Shown here piece by piece: positions 16,939-25,308 of a stretch of 32,000 nt of DNA. Made by a program: the position numbers and the translations under genes. The stretch is from Nitrososphaera sp. (lineage in GTDB: Archaea > Thermoproteota > Nitrososphaeria > Nitrososphaerales > Nitrososphaeraceae): NCBI GenBank assembly GCA_037441265.1, contig JBBISN010000102.1, positions 7,987 through 39,986 on the forward strand, in the 5' to 3' direction. The notes below the pieces were generated by a model, which searched no databases, was not told where the DNA came from, and worked only from the letters and a program-made list of their open reading frames with translations. The first letter of the stretch is position 1; each line of letters opens with the position of its first letter.

Positions 16939-18075
16939 GTGATGGCGCGAAAAGAGTCGCTAGATATTGGTTACTTGAATGATATTTTTGAGAATAAGGA
17001 CGGCATTTACAGTAAAGATGCCCTCTTACTTCAGGATATCCTGAAATATGGAATTTCTAAAGAGCGGTCGCTTAATTTCAAATTTACTGATATGGCCAAA
17101 TGGCTGATGAATAACAACAGAGAGTTCCATGATTACTATGCAGGTTCTCATGATACAATGACAAATAGGATAGCAAAGCGGAGGCAAAGGATACAGGCTG
17201 CCCTAAATAAACTTCAAAACTTGCGGTTGGTTGTGCAAACTGGTTCAATAAAAGCGGAAAGAAATAACTTGGAGACTCCAACCTACGACTTGACCAGAAA
17301 TGGCTACTTTTCGGCAGCGCTGGTTTCAATTAATGCGAGTAAGCATCTCAAGAAAGACGAACTCCAATTAATGTATGATGTATTTTATGGTGTTTTGGAG
17401 AGCCTGTTAACCGCTACTATTTCGGAAAATTCCGACACGAAATCTATTGTCATCAAGAAAATATTCCAGAAGATAAAAGAAAAGTCGCTCATCCATGAAT
17501 TCGGGGTTGAAGTCCTCAATACCCTTCATTCGAACGAGCGCGACCAAATGTTAGAAACGGTAGAAGAGATACTTACATTACTTGATTTCCCCTATGGTTT
17601 GCGGAAACTAGGTAGGACCTCATTTCTCGATCTATGGAAAGAGTCTGTAAATGAATTAGAATCTGATAGGAAAGCCGCGCTTTTGTTTTCATACAAACTC
17701 CGTATTGAAACACAGTGGTCGGTCGCTGGTACACTGAATCAAGAGAAGACGAGAATGGCCAACGCGTCTAATTTCTCCAGTGCTATTGTAGATGTGGATT
17801 GCTGGAAATGCAAAATTAGGACTAGCTGTCCCGTTAGTGTTGTTGAGCTATTGGAATGTGTTTTTGAAAGGCGAGTCAAAGAAGGCACACAATTACTTAC
17901 GGGATATCAGGTCTCCTGTCCGCGATGTGGAGGTGATGATGTCTTTACATGGATTTTAATGCCGAAAAAGGAACCACAAATAATTCACGTCACGCCCAAT
18001 TGGTGGCATTTTCCCATTGAAAATGACAATGAGGAGCCTATCTTGAGCCGACTGCGCGGAACGTGGGGCCAGTGA
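16939..18075 (+). CDS. Hypothetical protein with C-terminal Cys cluster (CWKC...CP / CPRCGG); low G+C orphan
   Basis: 378-aa ORF. Hand counts of sample lines give roughly one-third to 40 percent G+C, against about two-thirds at 8041-8100. Confidence 0.5.
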   Translation: MMARKESLDIGYLNDIFENKDGIYSKDALLLQDILKYGISKERSLNFKFTDMAKWLMNNNREFHDYYAGSHDTMTNRIAKRRQRIQAALNKLQNLRLVVQTGSIKAERNNLETPTYDLTRNGYFSAALVSINASKHLKKDELQLMYDVFYGVLESLLTATISENSDTKSIVIKKIFQKIKEKSLIHEFGVEVLNTLHSNERDQMLETVEEILTLLDFPYGLRKLGRTSFLDLWKESVNELESDRKAALLFSYKLRIETQWSVAGTLNQEKTRMANASNFSSAIVDVDCWKCKIRTSCPVSVVELLECVFERRVKEGTQLLTGYQVSCPRCGGDDVFTWILMPKKEPQIIHVTPNWWHFPIENDNEEPILSRLRGTWGQ

Positions 18076-18111
18076 AGTCTGTTTATACTTGACATTTGTC
18101 TCCCGAAGCGG

Positions 18112-19372
18112 TTATTTTTCAGGAAGCGCTGACTTGTCCTTTATCCATCCTCGCTCGTACATCGCCTGATAGACCTCGTGCAACCTGCGCCGGTCTTCCT
18201 CGGCTTCCTTCTCCTTCTGCTTCTCCCTTTCCTTGACCTCCTGGTAGCTGTCCAGGGTCAGCGGCATTTCACATTCCTTATTCGCACAAAAGCGCGCGTC
18301 ATGCTTGTTCGGCTCCTTGCAGGCGGGGCATATCCTTGGCTGCATGGCTTCACGCTGCGGGTCGGCCGAATCGATTATGCCGTATGCTGCTAGCAGCTCC
18401 TTCGAGCTCTCCCCGCCAAGGTCATGGGTATAGATCTCTATCATCTGCGACGTTTTGGTCCATCCTGCGTACTGCCTGAGGTTGTACTCCTTGAGAATCC
18501 GGGCTTTTTCTGTCAGTGCGGTATGCCTCTGAATGTAGGGGTTCCACGGCTTCTGCAAAAGCCCGCGTATTATGGCCTTGTCTTCCGCGGGAACGTCCGA
18601 CCGTCCTAGCAGCGAAGGGAAATACTTTAGCTTCAGGTCGCGGTACAGCCTGTGCAGGCTAATCGGCTTGATGGGCTTGTTCAGGTACTTTGAGCGCTGG
18701 TCGTTATTGTAGAATATTGATTATCTTGACGTCCCCTATCCTCTTTGCCAGGATTTCATGCGGCCTGCCGCTGCTGTCGTCGGCTACCACATGGTAGAAT
18801 GAAACCCTCGGATCGGGACAGTACCTCAGGAATACTTCGTCTTCGGCTGCCAGCCATAGGTGCGTGGGCTTGACATGGGTCTTGCTCTTGCGCTTGAAGA
18901 AGGTTATCCCTGCTATCACGTCGGGTGTCTCCTTGGCCCTCTTTTCGGGCTCCATGTCTGGAAAATACCGGTATCTAAAGAAGCCAGAATAGGTCATGGC
19001 CCGCGTGTTATGCGTGGATATCCACTTCTCATCGGGGTCCTTCTCCTTGCTCCTGCGAATGCCCTGTAGATAGCTGTCTATGTGCTCCCTTTTCATGTCC
19101 TTGAGGTCCATCCCATTCCAGTTTCGTACGAGATAGACCAGGTTCTTGATGTGGGTCGACTTGGTGTTGACAGCGACGTTCTTTCTGTTAATCAGGTCAA
19201 GGACGAAATCAGTAATAACGCGCTTGTTAGGCTCTGACAGCTCGACAAACAGGGCCGCTACATTAGGAAGCAGCCCGTCACATACGGTCTCTATCCTCCT
19301 TTGCAGGATTTCGTCCTCTGTATAGACGATAGACGAGGTTTTCTGACCCTTTACCTGTTGCTGCCAGTCCAA
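18112..19372 (-). pseudogene. Tyrosine recombinase/integrase disrupted by a frameshift, probably with an internal deletion, at about 18704-18723
   Basis: The N-terminal ORF (18704-19372) carries the SAM-like domain and catalytic Arg context SGRPHEILAKRIGDVKI. A second frame is open from 18720 down and reads IFYNNDQRSKYLNKPI...YFPSLLGRSDVPAEDKAIIRGLLQKPWNPYIQRHTALTEK...IEIYTH, which includes the H-x-x-R and Tyr boxes. The expected GKTGxR beta-hairpin segment is absent. Confidence 0.75.
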
Positions 19373-19381
19373 GTGCTACCG

Positions 19382-20080
19382 CTAGATGTATGCTTGAGCG
19401 TGAATATAACCTTGGCTACCGTCAAGATATTTGCCATATAACTTGGCATCCGTCAAGAACGCGATCAGGTCTGCACAAGAAATTAATGGGTTGCATTCGT
19501 CACCTCTAAAATAAATAGACGGTTTTGACTCAACTCTAACTTTCTCCCATGCTGCCGTTTGCTTGGATCTAAATGCGTCTATATGAATAGGCAAGTTCCC
19601 CGTAGCTCTGTGTCTGTTTTGATGCAAGAAACTTGAAGCGGTTATGTATGAGAACATCGGACCTAGGGTTTCGATAAACGTACCTGCGGGAATCTCATCT
19701 GTGGGGCATTGTAGTCCACCCACTTTCACTGTTGGTATAGTTGCAGGCGGGAGTATTACAAACGAGCAATGAATGCTCTCAATAGAATCTTGCACTTCTG
19801 AAACCAACTGATCGGCAAATGGAATTGCTTTGTTCAACCCGATAATTCGCTTAAGATGGGTGCTCGAGTAGAACGGTAGTTCCTGCTCAATACCAAAACT
19901 CCTGCTAAGATCACTGACTTTCGATAGGTACCTCTCCACGAATTCTTTCTCATCTTTAAAGGAAACACAGATGCCAAGCTGTGAGCGGAAGCCTTCATAT
20001 TGTCGCACTAGCTTTCCTTGCTTCCACACGTCCTTAACTTTCCCTCTGCGAAATGATTTTGAATCCGCGGCGGCAAGCAT
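19382..20080 (-). CDS. Hypothetical protein, low G+C orphan
   Basis: 232-aa ORF with ATG start. A TATA-like ATATAA (20105-20110, minus strand) lies about 27 nt upstream. Confidence 0.5.
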   Translation of the reverse strand: MLAAADSKSFRRGKVKDVWKQGKLVRQYEGFRSQLGICVSFKDEKEFVERYLSKVSDLSRSFGIEQELPFYSSTHLKRIIGLNKAIPFADQLVSEVQDSIESIHCSFVILPPATIPTVKVGGLQCPTDEIPAGTFIETLGPMFSYITASSFLHQNRHRATGNLPIHIDAFRSKQTAAWEKVRVESKPSIYFRGDECNPLISCADLIAFLTDAKLYGKYLDGSQGYIHAQAYI

Positions 20081-20104
20081 CCATCGACAAGACAGAACGC
20101 TAAG

Positions 20105-20110
20105 TTATAT
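20105..20110 (-). promoter_or_regulatory. TATA-like box about 27 nt upstream of ATG 20080
   Basis: The forward sequence ttatat equals ATATAA on the coding strand. Adjacent 6-1-6 palindrome tcgatt-g-aatcga at 20118-20130. Confidence 0.3.
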
Positions 20111-20231
20111 CTCTTCTTCGATTGAATCGATTCATATGATGATCCTGTCCTGTCAAACCTACACACCATATTGGAAACTGAGGTGTTTATCAGGACCCAA
20201 CAAGCTGTATGTTCGCTTCTCCCATTCGCAT

Positions 20232-22055
20232 TCAGACGTATTCGTCCGTGCGTGCGCGGATATCCTGCATTCGCTCGGCCTCTCTTGCTTTGCTTTCGCT
20301 TACATACGTATCAGGCACCGCCTTTACCTGCTTCGTGGCAAGACCCTTCAGTTTCTCGACGCTTCCCCTTACATCTTCGAAGACAAAGTAGCCATCTCTG
20401 TCAAAGTCTAGCCGGCTGCCAATCGCACTGGATATGCCCCTGCCGATGTCGGCCATCCCCGCACCCCTAGACTCTATGGCAAGACCCTTCCCGAGGCCCT
20501 GTGCAAGCCCGGTCACCCCGCCCACCATAGCGCCCTTTGTGCCAAGGTGCAGCTTTTGCATCGTGGTAAGCGGTGTCGGTTCTGGCGTAAACACAACTGA
20601 ACCGGGCTGGATTGCAAAGGCTGGCATCCTGGTCTCCTTTCCGGATGTCTTGGTCACCGCATCTTCAATCGTAGAGATATCCGGCTTGAATGAAGACGGC
20701 GTCTCTACCACAGGCTTTGATGTCGCCGACAATATCGGTTCCGGCTTTATCGAAGGCGCGCTTCCTGTTGTCGAGCTAGGTTTCATTACAGGCGCATACC
20801 CAGTTGGAGCAAGGCCCCTCATGGCCCTGTCTTCCCTTGCAGCCACCATCTCTGGCGCAAGAATCTGGCGCGAACCTCTTCCGACTCCAATGGTCGCCCC
20901 ACCTATTCCCTGCATGGCGTTCTGCGCAATGCGGGAGCCAAGCCCTGCGGCCGCTCCTCCAAACCCTCCGCCGCCCATGCCCATGCTGCTGACAGCCTGC
21001 CCTCCGAATCCAAGTGCGCCAGCTGCTCCCCGGGCAGCGCCCATCACAGCCGAACTTCCGGCCACAGCTCCGGCCATGAGCGACGAAGTCACCATACCAG
21101 TTATGCTCGACACCACAGAACCTAGCATCGGCGAAAGCATCACTGGCATAAAGACTGCAAGTATTATCACAGCCGCCGCTGCCACAAAGGCCTGAAAGTT
21201 CTCTACAATTCCGTCCTTTGGTAGCGTGTCCAAATACGCGGCACCTGCCACGACCACTATTGACGATATGATGGTCGCGACCACCAGCCCGTACAGGGTC
21301 TCGAGCAGCCTGTCAGCAGGTTTTCGCACCCATGGCACCAGCTTTATTGCAAGTATCATGGGCAGGCCAACGATTATGGCAGCTGTCAGCACTATGCGTA
21401 TGGTGCCAATGATGAACATCATCAGAAATATGAGCGCTGCAAGAAATGCACGGAATATTGCAGTCAGGATGTCGTGGAAGAACTGCGTCAGCCCGCTCTG
21501 GTCGCCTACAAGCGCCTTGCCGGTTCCTTCAAGCAGCTTGCCCATGTCAAACTCGGTGTTTATCCCTCCCAGCTTGATGAACAGGTCCTTCGCTCTTGCT
21601 GCCGCGTTGTCCGGAGTCGGGTTTGACGGGTTTAAGATGTAGATGTTCAGGTACTCGACTCCGGTGGCTACGCCGTCCCACAGAACCGGAAACACCATGA
21701 GGAAGAGCGAGTAGACAAGCGTGTTTGCGATGAGCTCGATAGCCTGACCCTTCTTCTGGACGCCAAACTCTTCTCCAAGGAACAGGATCATTCCTAGGAT
21801 GAAGGCGCCGGCCATTACAAATATGGCAATCAGCCGCAGGTTGTGGTACGTCTCTATCATGCCCGGCTTTTCGCTAGGAGTTGACGGCGCCTCATAATCC
21901 GCAAGTGTGGCGTCCGGCTTGTCCACAAACTTGGGCATCTTGACCATCAGCTCGAAAAAGGACCTGTCGGCGCTGCCTATCACCCAGGCGTTTACTATCG
22001 CTACCAGCGCTACAAGAATTATCACGATAACTATGGGCGTAATGAAGTCCACCAT
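20232..22055 (-). CDS. Polytopic membrane protein with Gly/Ala-rich and Pro/Ser/Thr-rich C-terminal region; possibly VirB6/TrbL-like
   Basis: At least 7 hydrophobic helices in the first roughly 340 aa, then GMGGGGFGGAAAGLG low complexity. The functional assignment rests on architecture and context only. Confidence 0.55.
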   Translation of the reverse strand: MVDFITPIVIVIILVALVAIVNAWVIGSADRSFFELMVKMPKFVDKPDATLADYEAPSTPSEKPGMIETYHNLRLIAIFVMAGAFILGMILFLGEEFGVQKKGQAIELIANTLVYSLFLMVFPVLWDGVATGVEYLNIYILNPSNPTPDNAAARAKDLFIKLGGINTEFDMGKLLEGTGKALVGDQSGLTQFFHDILTAIFRAFLAALIFLMMFIIGTIRIVLTAAIIVGLPMILAIKLVPWVRKPADRLLETLYGLVVATIISSIVVVAGAAYLDTLPKDGIVENFQAFVAAAAVIILAVFMPVMLSPMLGSVVSSITGMVTSSLMAGAVAGSSAVMGAARGAAGALGFGGQAVSSMGMGGGGFGGAAAGLGSRIAQNAMQGIGGATIGVGRGSRQILAPEMVAAREDRAMRGLAPTGYAPVMKPSSTTGSAPSIKPEPILSATSKPVVETPSSFKPDISTIEDAVTKTSGKETRMPAFAIQPGSVVFTPEPTPLTTMQKLHLGTKGAMVGGVTGLAQGLGKGLAIESRGAGMADIGRGISSAIGSRLDFDRDGYFVFEDVRGSVEKLKGLATKQVKAVPDTYVSESKAREAERMQDIRARTDEYV

Positions 22056-22211
22056 GATGGCTTATTCCGGACGCAAAGGCAGCCATGCGCTTTTAAGGGT
22101 CGAATCAAAAGAAACTGTAAAACCTCGGTCTTGTTCAGGGCAGGCTATCTCCTATTTCCGGTCGATAGCTAACCTAAAATAGGATGCGGCACTCTACCAT
22201 AACGTACCATC

Positions 22212-22403
22212 ATGGCAACCGAGCTATCACAGCTACGACCAATCAAGATACGCTTTGCCAGCGAAGAGGAAGAGGTAAAGGGCTTTTACGCCTTGATGAT
22301 ATCTGGCATGCCGGTACACTGCCTGCCGGATAACGGGTACATAATCAACGAGGTTCAGTGCAAGGTCCTTTCTGACAAGAACATCCCCTACATAAAAGAG
22401 TAA
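22212..22403 (+). CDS. Small hypothetical protein (63 aa)
   Basis: ATG-initiated ORF. A TATA-like CTAAAATAG (22174-22182) lies upstream. Confidence 0.35.
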   Translation: MATELSQLRPIKIRFASEEEEVKGFYALMISGMPVHCLPDNGYIINEVQCKVLSDKNIPYIKE

Positions 22404-22412
22404 CAAGCTGCT

Positions 22413-22739
22413 TTGTCGCCTGAACAGCCAGATGAAATCGAAATAACGATTCTACCACCTCTCACCTATAATGACGGCACACCAATCGAGCAGGTTCATT
22501 TTCTCAAGACCCGGAAGGAGCATACCGCCCGCTTTGGCGGCTGTACTGCACTTGTACCGACTGAAGGCTTTTGGGTTAATCAAGAAAAAGAATACAGAGA
22601 CATAAACTCGGGCTTTTACATCATAGCCCCAAAGACCGAAGAAACATTTGATTTCTTGAAGGAGTACAAAGAAACCCTGAAAGAAAGATTCAGACAAGTA
22701 GACATCATGATTACGTGGCAAGACATCAAAAGGATCTGA
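22413..22739 (+). CDS. Small hypothetical protein (108 aa)
   Basis: ORF with a TTG-type start, 9 nt after the preceding stop. No recognisable motif. Confidence 0.35.
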   Translation: MSPEQPDEIEITILPPLTYNDGTPIEQVHFLKTRKEHTARFGGCTALVPTEGFWVNQEKEYRDINSGFYIIAPKTEETFDFLKEYKETLKERFRQVDIMITWQDIKRI

Positions 22740-22749
22740 TTATTCCTTT

Positions 22750-23487
22750 CTACCAGGCTGTCTGTGAAGCGCGAAAGTCTTGCAACAACATCAATGATAA
22801 AATGGCCGGCGCAAACCCTGAAAGCAGTGGGAGACCCGGGACAAGCCACGTCTTCCTGCTTCCTCCATAATACAATTCGTTGTCATAGTCGCGGCGTATC
22901 ATAGCAGAGTGCCTGAACGCGTACCTGCACGATTCTCCATTGCCGTAATAACAGAAAAGCAGGAGATACAGGCGATGCCATAAAGGACCACATGCAGCGT
23001 ACCTGTGTCGCGTGTTATTGCGAACATTCTTGGCCACAAAAACCACCACTACAAACACTATCGCTGACGCAAAATAGAGGATTATCTTCATAGGCGAAGC
23101 CGCGAATGGCAGCATGGCAAGCATCGCTGGAACGGCAAGAGCATCTCCTGACGCAAGCAGGCCGACCCTCCAGAATGCAACCATCGCGCCTGAGAGAAGG
23201 AGTACTGTGAGGATGGAGCCGGCGGCGCTGCGCGCAGTTTCCAAGGCAGACTCTCCAACACTTTCTGGGTGGGTTGACATTGTAGACGCTTGCTTGGAAA
23301 CTTCGGCGTCTGGGTCAGCCAGGCTGCCTGCGAGGATGGCGATGTTGACGCAGGCTGCAAGGCCATAGCATGCCAGGACCAAGCGCAAGTCCACTGTCCG
23401 CCTTTTCCAGTCGGACACGCCAAGGCAGATGGCTGCTGTCCCCAACGCTGCAAGCGCCACCAGCTCCACGTCACTGAAGGGCCGCAT
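22750..23487 (-). CDS. A24-family prepilin/preflagellin peptidase-like membrane protein
   Basis: Multi-TM protein with two Asp contexts: VSDWKRRTVDLRLV and GLLASGDALAVPAML (GxGD-like). Confidence 0.5.
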   Translation of the reverse strand: MRPFSDVELVALAALGTAAICLGVSDWKRRTVDLRLVLACYGLAACVNIAILAGSLADPDAEVSKQASTMSTHPESVGESALETARSAAGSILTVLLLSGAMVAFWRVGLLASGDALAVPAMLAMLPFAASPMKIILYFASAIVFVVVVFVAKNVRNNTRHRYAACGPLWHRLYLLLFCYYGNGESCRYAFRHSAMIRRDYDNELYYGGSRKTWLVPGLPLLSGFAPAILSLMLLQDFRASQTAW

Positions 23488-23618
23488 GCGCTTTTAATGA
23501 GATGAGGCAGACCACTGCCATGCATTCGTGCTTGTGTAAGCGTATCCACATATCGGCTTGCGAGGCCGACAGTGCGTACTAAGAACGGTGGCGGCAATTC
23601 CCGCCATACGAGGCCAAG

Positions 23619-23625
23619 TTTATTA
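23619..23625 (+). promoter_or_regulatory. TATA-like box (TTTATTA) about 30 nt upstream of ATG 23652
   Basis: Composition and spacing. Confidence 0.3.
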
Positions 23626-23651
23626 CTCCACGACGCCCACTACTAGGGGCA

Positions 23652-24371
23652 ATGAGAAGCAAAGCGACAACGTCAGGGAAATGCATCTACTGCTCGCAGG
23701 CCTTCGCAGGTTCCCTGATGGGGCGCCATCTTAGGTCGTGCGCAGAGAGGGAGAGGTACCTGATGTCCGGTATCCCCGGTATTGCAGACAGGAAAGGTAA
23801 CGCAGGCGACGAGAACAAGACCCGCGACCGTGTTTTTCTTATCAAAGCCTCATCATTGTACGCACCGCAGTACTGGCTGTTCTTGGAGGCAAACGCAAGA
23901 TGCAGGCTCACAGACGTCGACTCGTTTCTCAGAGGGATATGGCTTGAATGCTGCGGGCACCTGAGCCACTTCGTAATCGGCGACGAGGAGTACGAATCAT
24001 ACCCGGATCCGGATTTTGGGAGCGATAAGGACATGCGTGTTGCGCTGGCCAGCGTCCTTGAACCCGGAATGACAGTCGACTATGAGTACGACTATGGCAG
24101 CACCACGGAACTGGTCCTCAAGGTCGTTGAAGCCCGGCCCGGGAAATTGAAGAGAGGTCCGGTGGTGCTTGCCGCAAGGAACGACCACATACATTATGAA
24201 TGTGTGTCATGCAAAAAAGCACCGGCCACTGATATCTGCTCAATGTGCACCTGCGAGGGACCTGAAGATACCTTCTGCGCAAGCTGCCTCAAACACCACA
24301 GATACGGGGAGGATATGGCCCTGCCGATAGTTAATTCTCCCAGAACCGGAGTTTGTGGATACATAGGATAA
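23652..24371 (+). CDS. MM3350/pRiA4b-ORF3-like domain protein with N-terminal C2HC and C-terminal Cys-rich zinc modules
   Basis: N-terminal CIYCSQAFAGSLMGRHLRSC. Core WLFLEANARCRLTDVDSFLRGIWLECCGHLSHF...VDYEYDYGSTTELVLKVVE matches the PRiA4_ORF3 pattern (xWRx...L.dLH..I...fGW...HLh.F...Y.YDfGd.W.h.i.le). C-terminal CVSCKK...CSMCTC...FCASCLKHH. Confidence 0.6.
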   Translation: MRSKATTSGKCIYCSQAFAGSLMGRHLRSCAERERYLMSGIPGIADRKGNAGDENKTRDRVFLIKASSLYAPQYWLFLEANARCRLTDVDSFLRGIWLECCGHLSHFVIGDEEYESYPDPDFGSDKDMRVALASVLEPGMTVDYEYDYGSTTELVLKVVEARPGKLKRGPVVLAARNDHIHYECVSCKKAPATDICSMCTCEGPEDTFCASCLKHHRYGEDMALPIVNSPRTGVCGYIG

Positions 24372-24619
24372 CCGGCAACAGGTCACGGCCCAAAACCGGG
24401 TTCAAAAAGAGACTGTCCGGGTTCTTTTGCCCTCCCATCCACATTCCTTGAGCCTGTGCTGCCTCTTTCCTTACTTGTCCTGCCGGACGCGCAGTGACAG
24501 ATGGCTGCTGTTCCCAGCATGCCAAGTGCTCCCAGCTTGTGCTACCGGACGTCCGTACTCGCTTTTAGTGGGAGTACGCTGGTTATTGCCTGACCCCGCC
24601 CACCACGGCTATCCCGGCT

Positions 24620-25195
24620 TTAGAGCCGGGCATCTTCTACGTGGTGTTCGTCGTGACCACTGTCCGCGCAGCTGTCACACAGGTATGCTGGCCGCATCGT
24701 CTCATTGGAACAGTCGATGCACACGCACGTGGCAGCAGCCTTTCTCCCTTTCTCCTTGCAAGTTACGCAATACCTGCCCCTCGTCTTGCTCCTGGCGACC
24801 ATTAAGGGGTACCTGCCGCTTGCAACATCAGCCGACAGAGCAGAGGTCACTTTTTCCAGTGTTATCACGTGCTGCACGCTGTCGCCAAAGTCGTACACAT
24901 ACTCGAGCCTGCCGCCCTCTGCGAGCAGGAGCGACTCGATCCTGTGTAACGATCCCGGGCCCGTGCCATCCGGGTAGATTTCCCCGAATCCCTCAGACCC
25001 CCATACCTTTCCAGGGTAGAACTCGCTCAGGTGGTCAAACGTGTCATAGTCAAATGCGTCGCGTATTACCGCGTCAAAGTCGCCCAGCGTCTGTTTCCCC
25101 AGGATTTCGAATGTACGCCATCTGCCTTTGTTGTGCTTCAGCGCGACCCTGAAGGTGTACACATTATCAGGAACGCCCCTTGCCTGTACCTTCAT
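24620..25195 (-). CDS. MM3350/pRiA4b-ORF3-like domain protein with C-terminal Cys/His-rich zinc module
   Basis: YTFRVALKHNKGRWRTFEILGKQTLGDFDAVIRDAFDYDTFDHLSEF...LEYVYDFGDSVQHVITLEKV, then C-terminal CVTCKEK...CVCIDC...LCDSCADSGHDEHH. Confidence 0.7.
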   Translation of the reverse strand: MKVQARGVPDNVYTFRVALKHNKGRWRTFEILGKQTLGDFDAVIRDAFDYDTFDHLSEFYPGKVWGSEGFGEIYPDGTGPGSLHRIESLLLAEGGRLEYVYDFGDSVQHVITLEKVTSALSADVASGRYPLMVARSKTRGRYCVTCKEKGRKAAATCVCIDCSNETMRPAYLCDSCADSGHDEHHVEDARL

Positions 25196-25308
25196 GCTGC
25201 GCAGCCGGAGAGGAGGCGAGTTAATATCAATTATGGCGCATTAGAGGGTTGCCCAGTCCCGCAGTCTTCAGGGACTGCAGCCAGCAGTGAAGCCTCTCGG
25301 GGCCGTCA

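Noticed and set aside
18112-19372. SSV-type integrase split, where integration partitions int into distant N and C halves
   Set aside because: The two halves are directly adjacent and in the same orientation, with overlapping frames at 18704-18720. This indicates a frameshift or deletion rather than partition by site-specific integration.
20434-21195. 253-aa plus-strand ORF antisense to the polytopic membrane protein gene
   Set aside because: This is a Pro/Ala-rich antisense shadow of a Gly/Ala-rich coding region, with no motifs.
22084-23497. 13-nt direct repeat CATGCGCTTTTAA at 22084-22096 and 23484-23496, bracketing the small-ORF and peptidase block; considered as possible att or target-duplication sites
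   Set aside because: Several exact 13-mer coincidences are expected by chance among all position pairs in 32 kb. The match does not extend further, and no recombinase logic supports it.
23088-23597. 169-aa minus-strand ORF overlapping the A24 peptidase-like gene in another frame
   Set aside because: Its composition is Trp/Cys/Arg/Pro-rich, while the competing frame encodes a coherent multi-TM protein.
24427-25152. 241-aa plus-strand ORF overlapping the MM3350-like gene in antisense
   Set aside because: Its composition is Arg/Cys/Pro-rich and implausible. The minus-strand frame has a clear PRiA4_ORF3-like signature.
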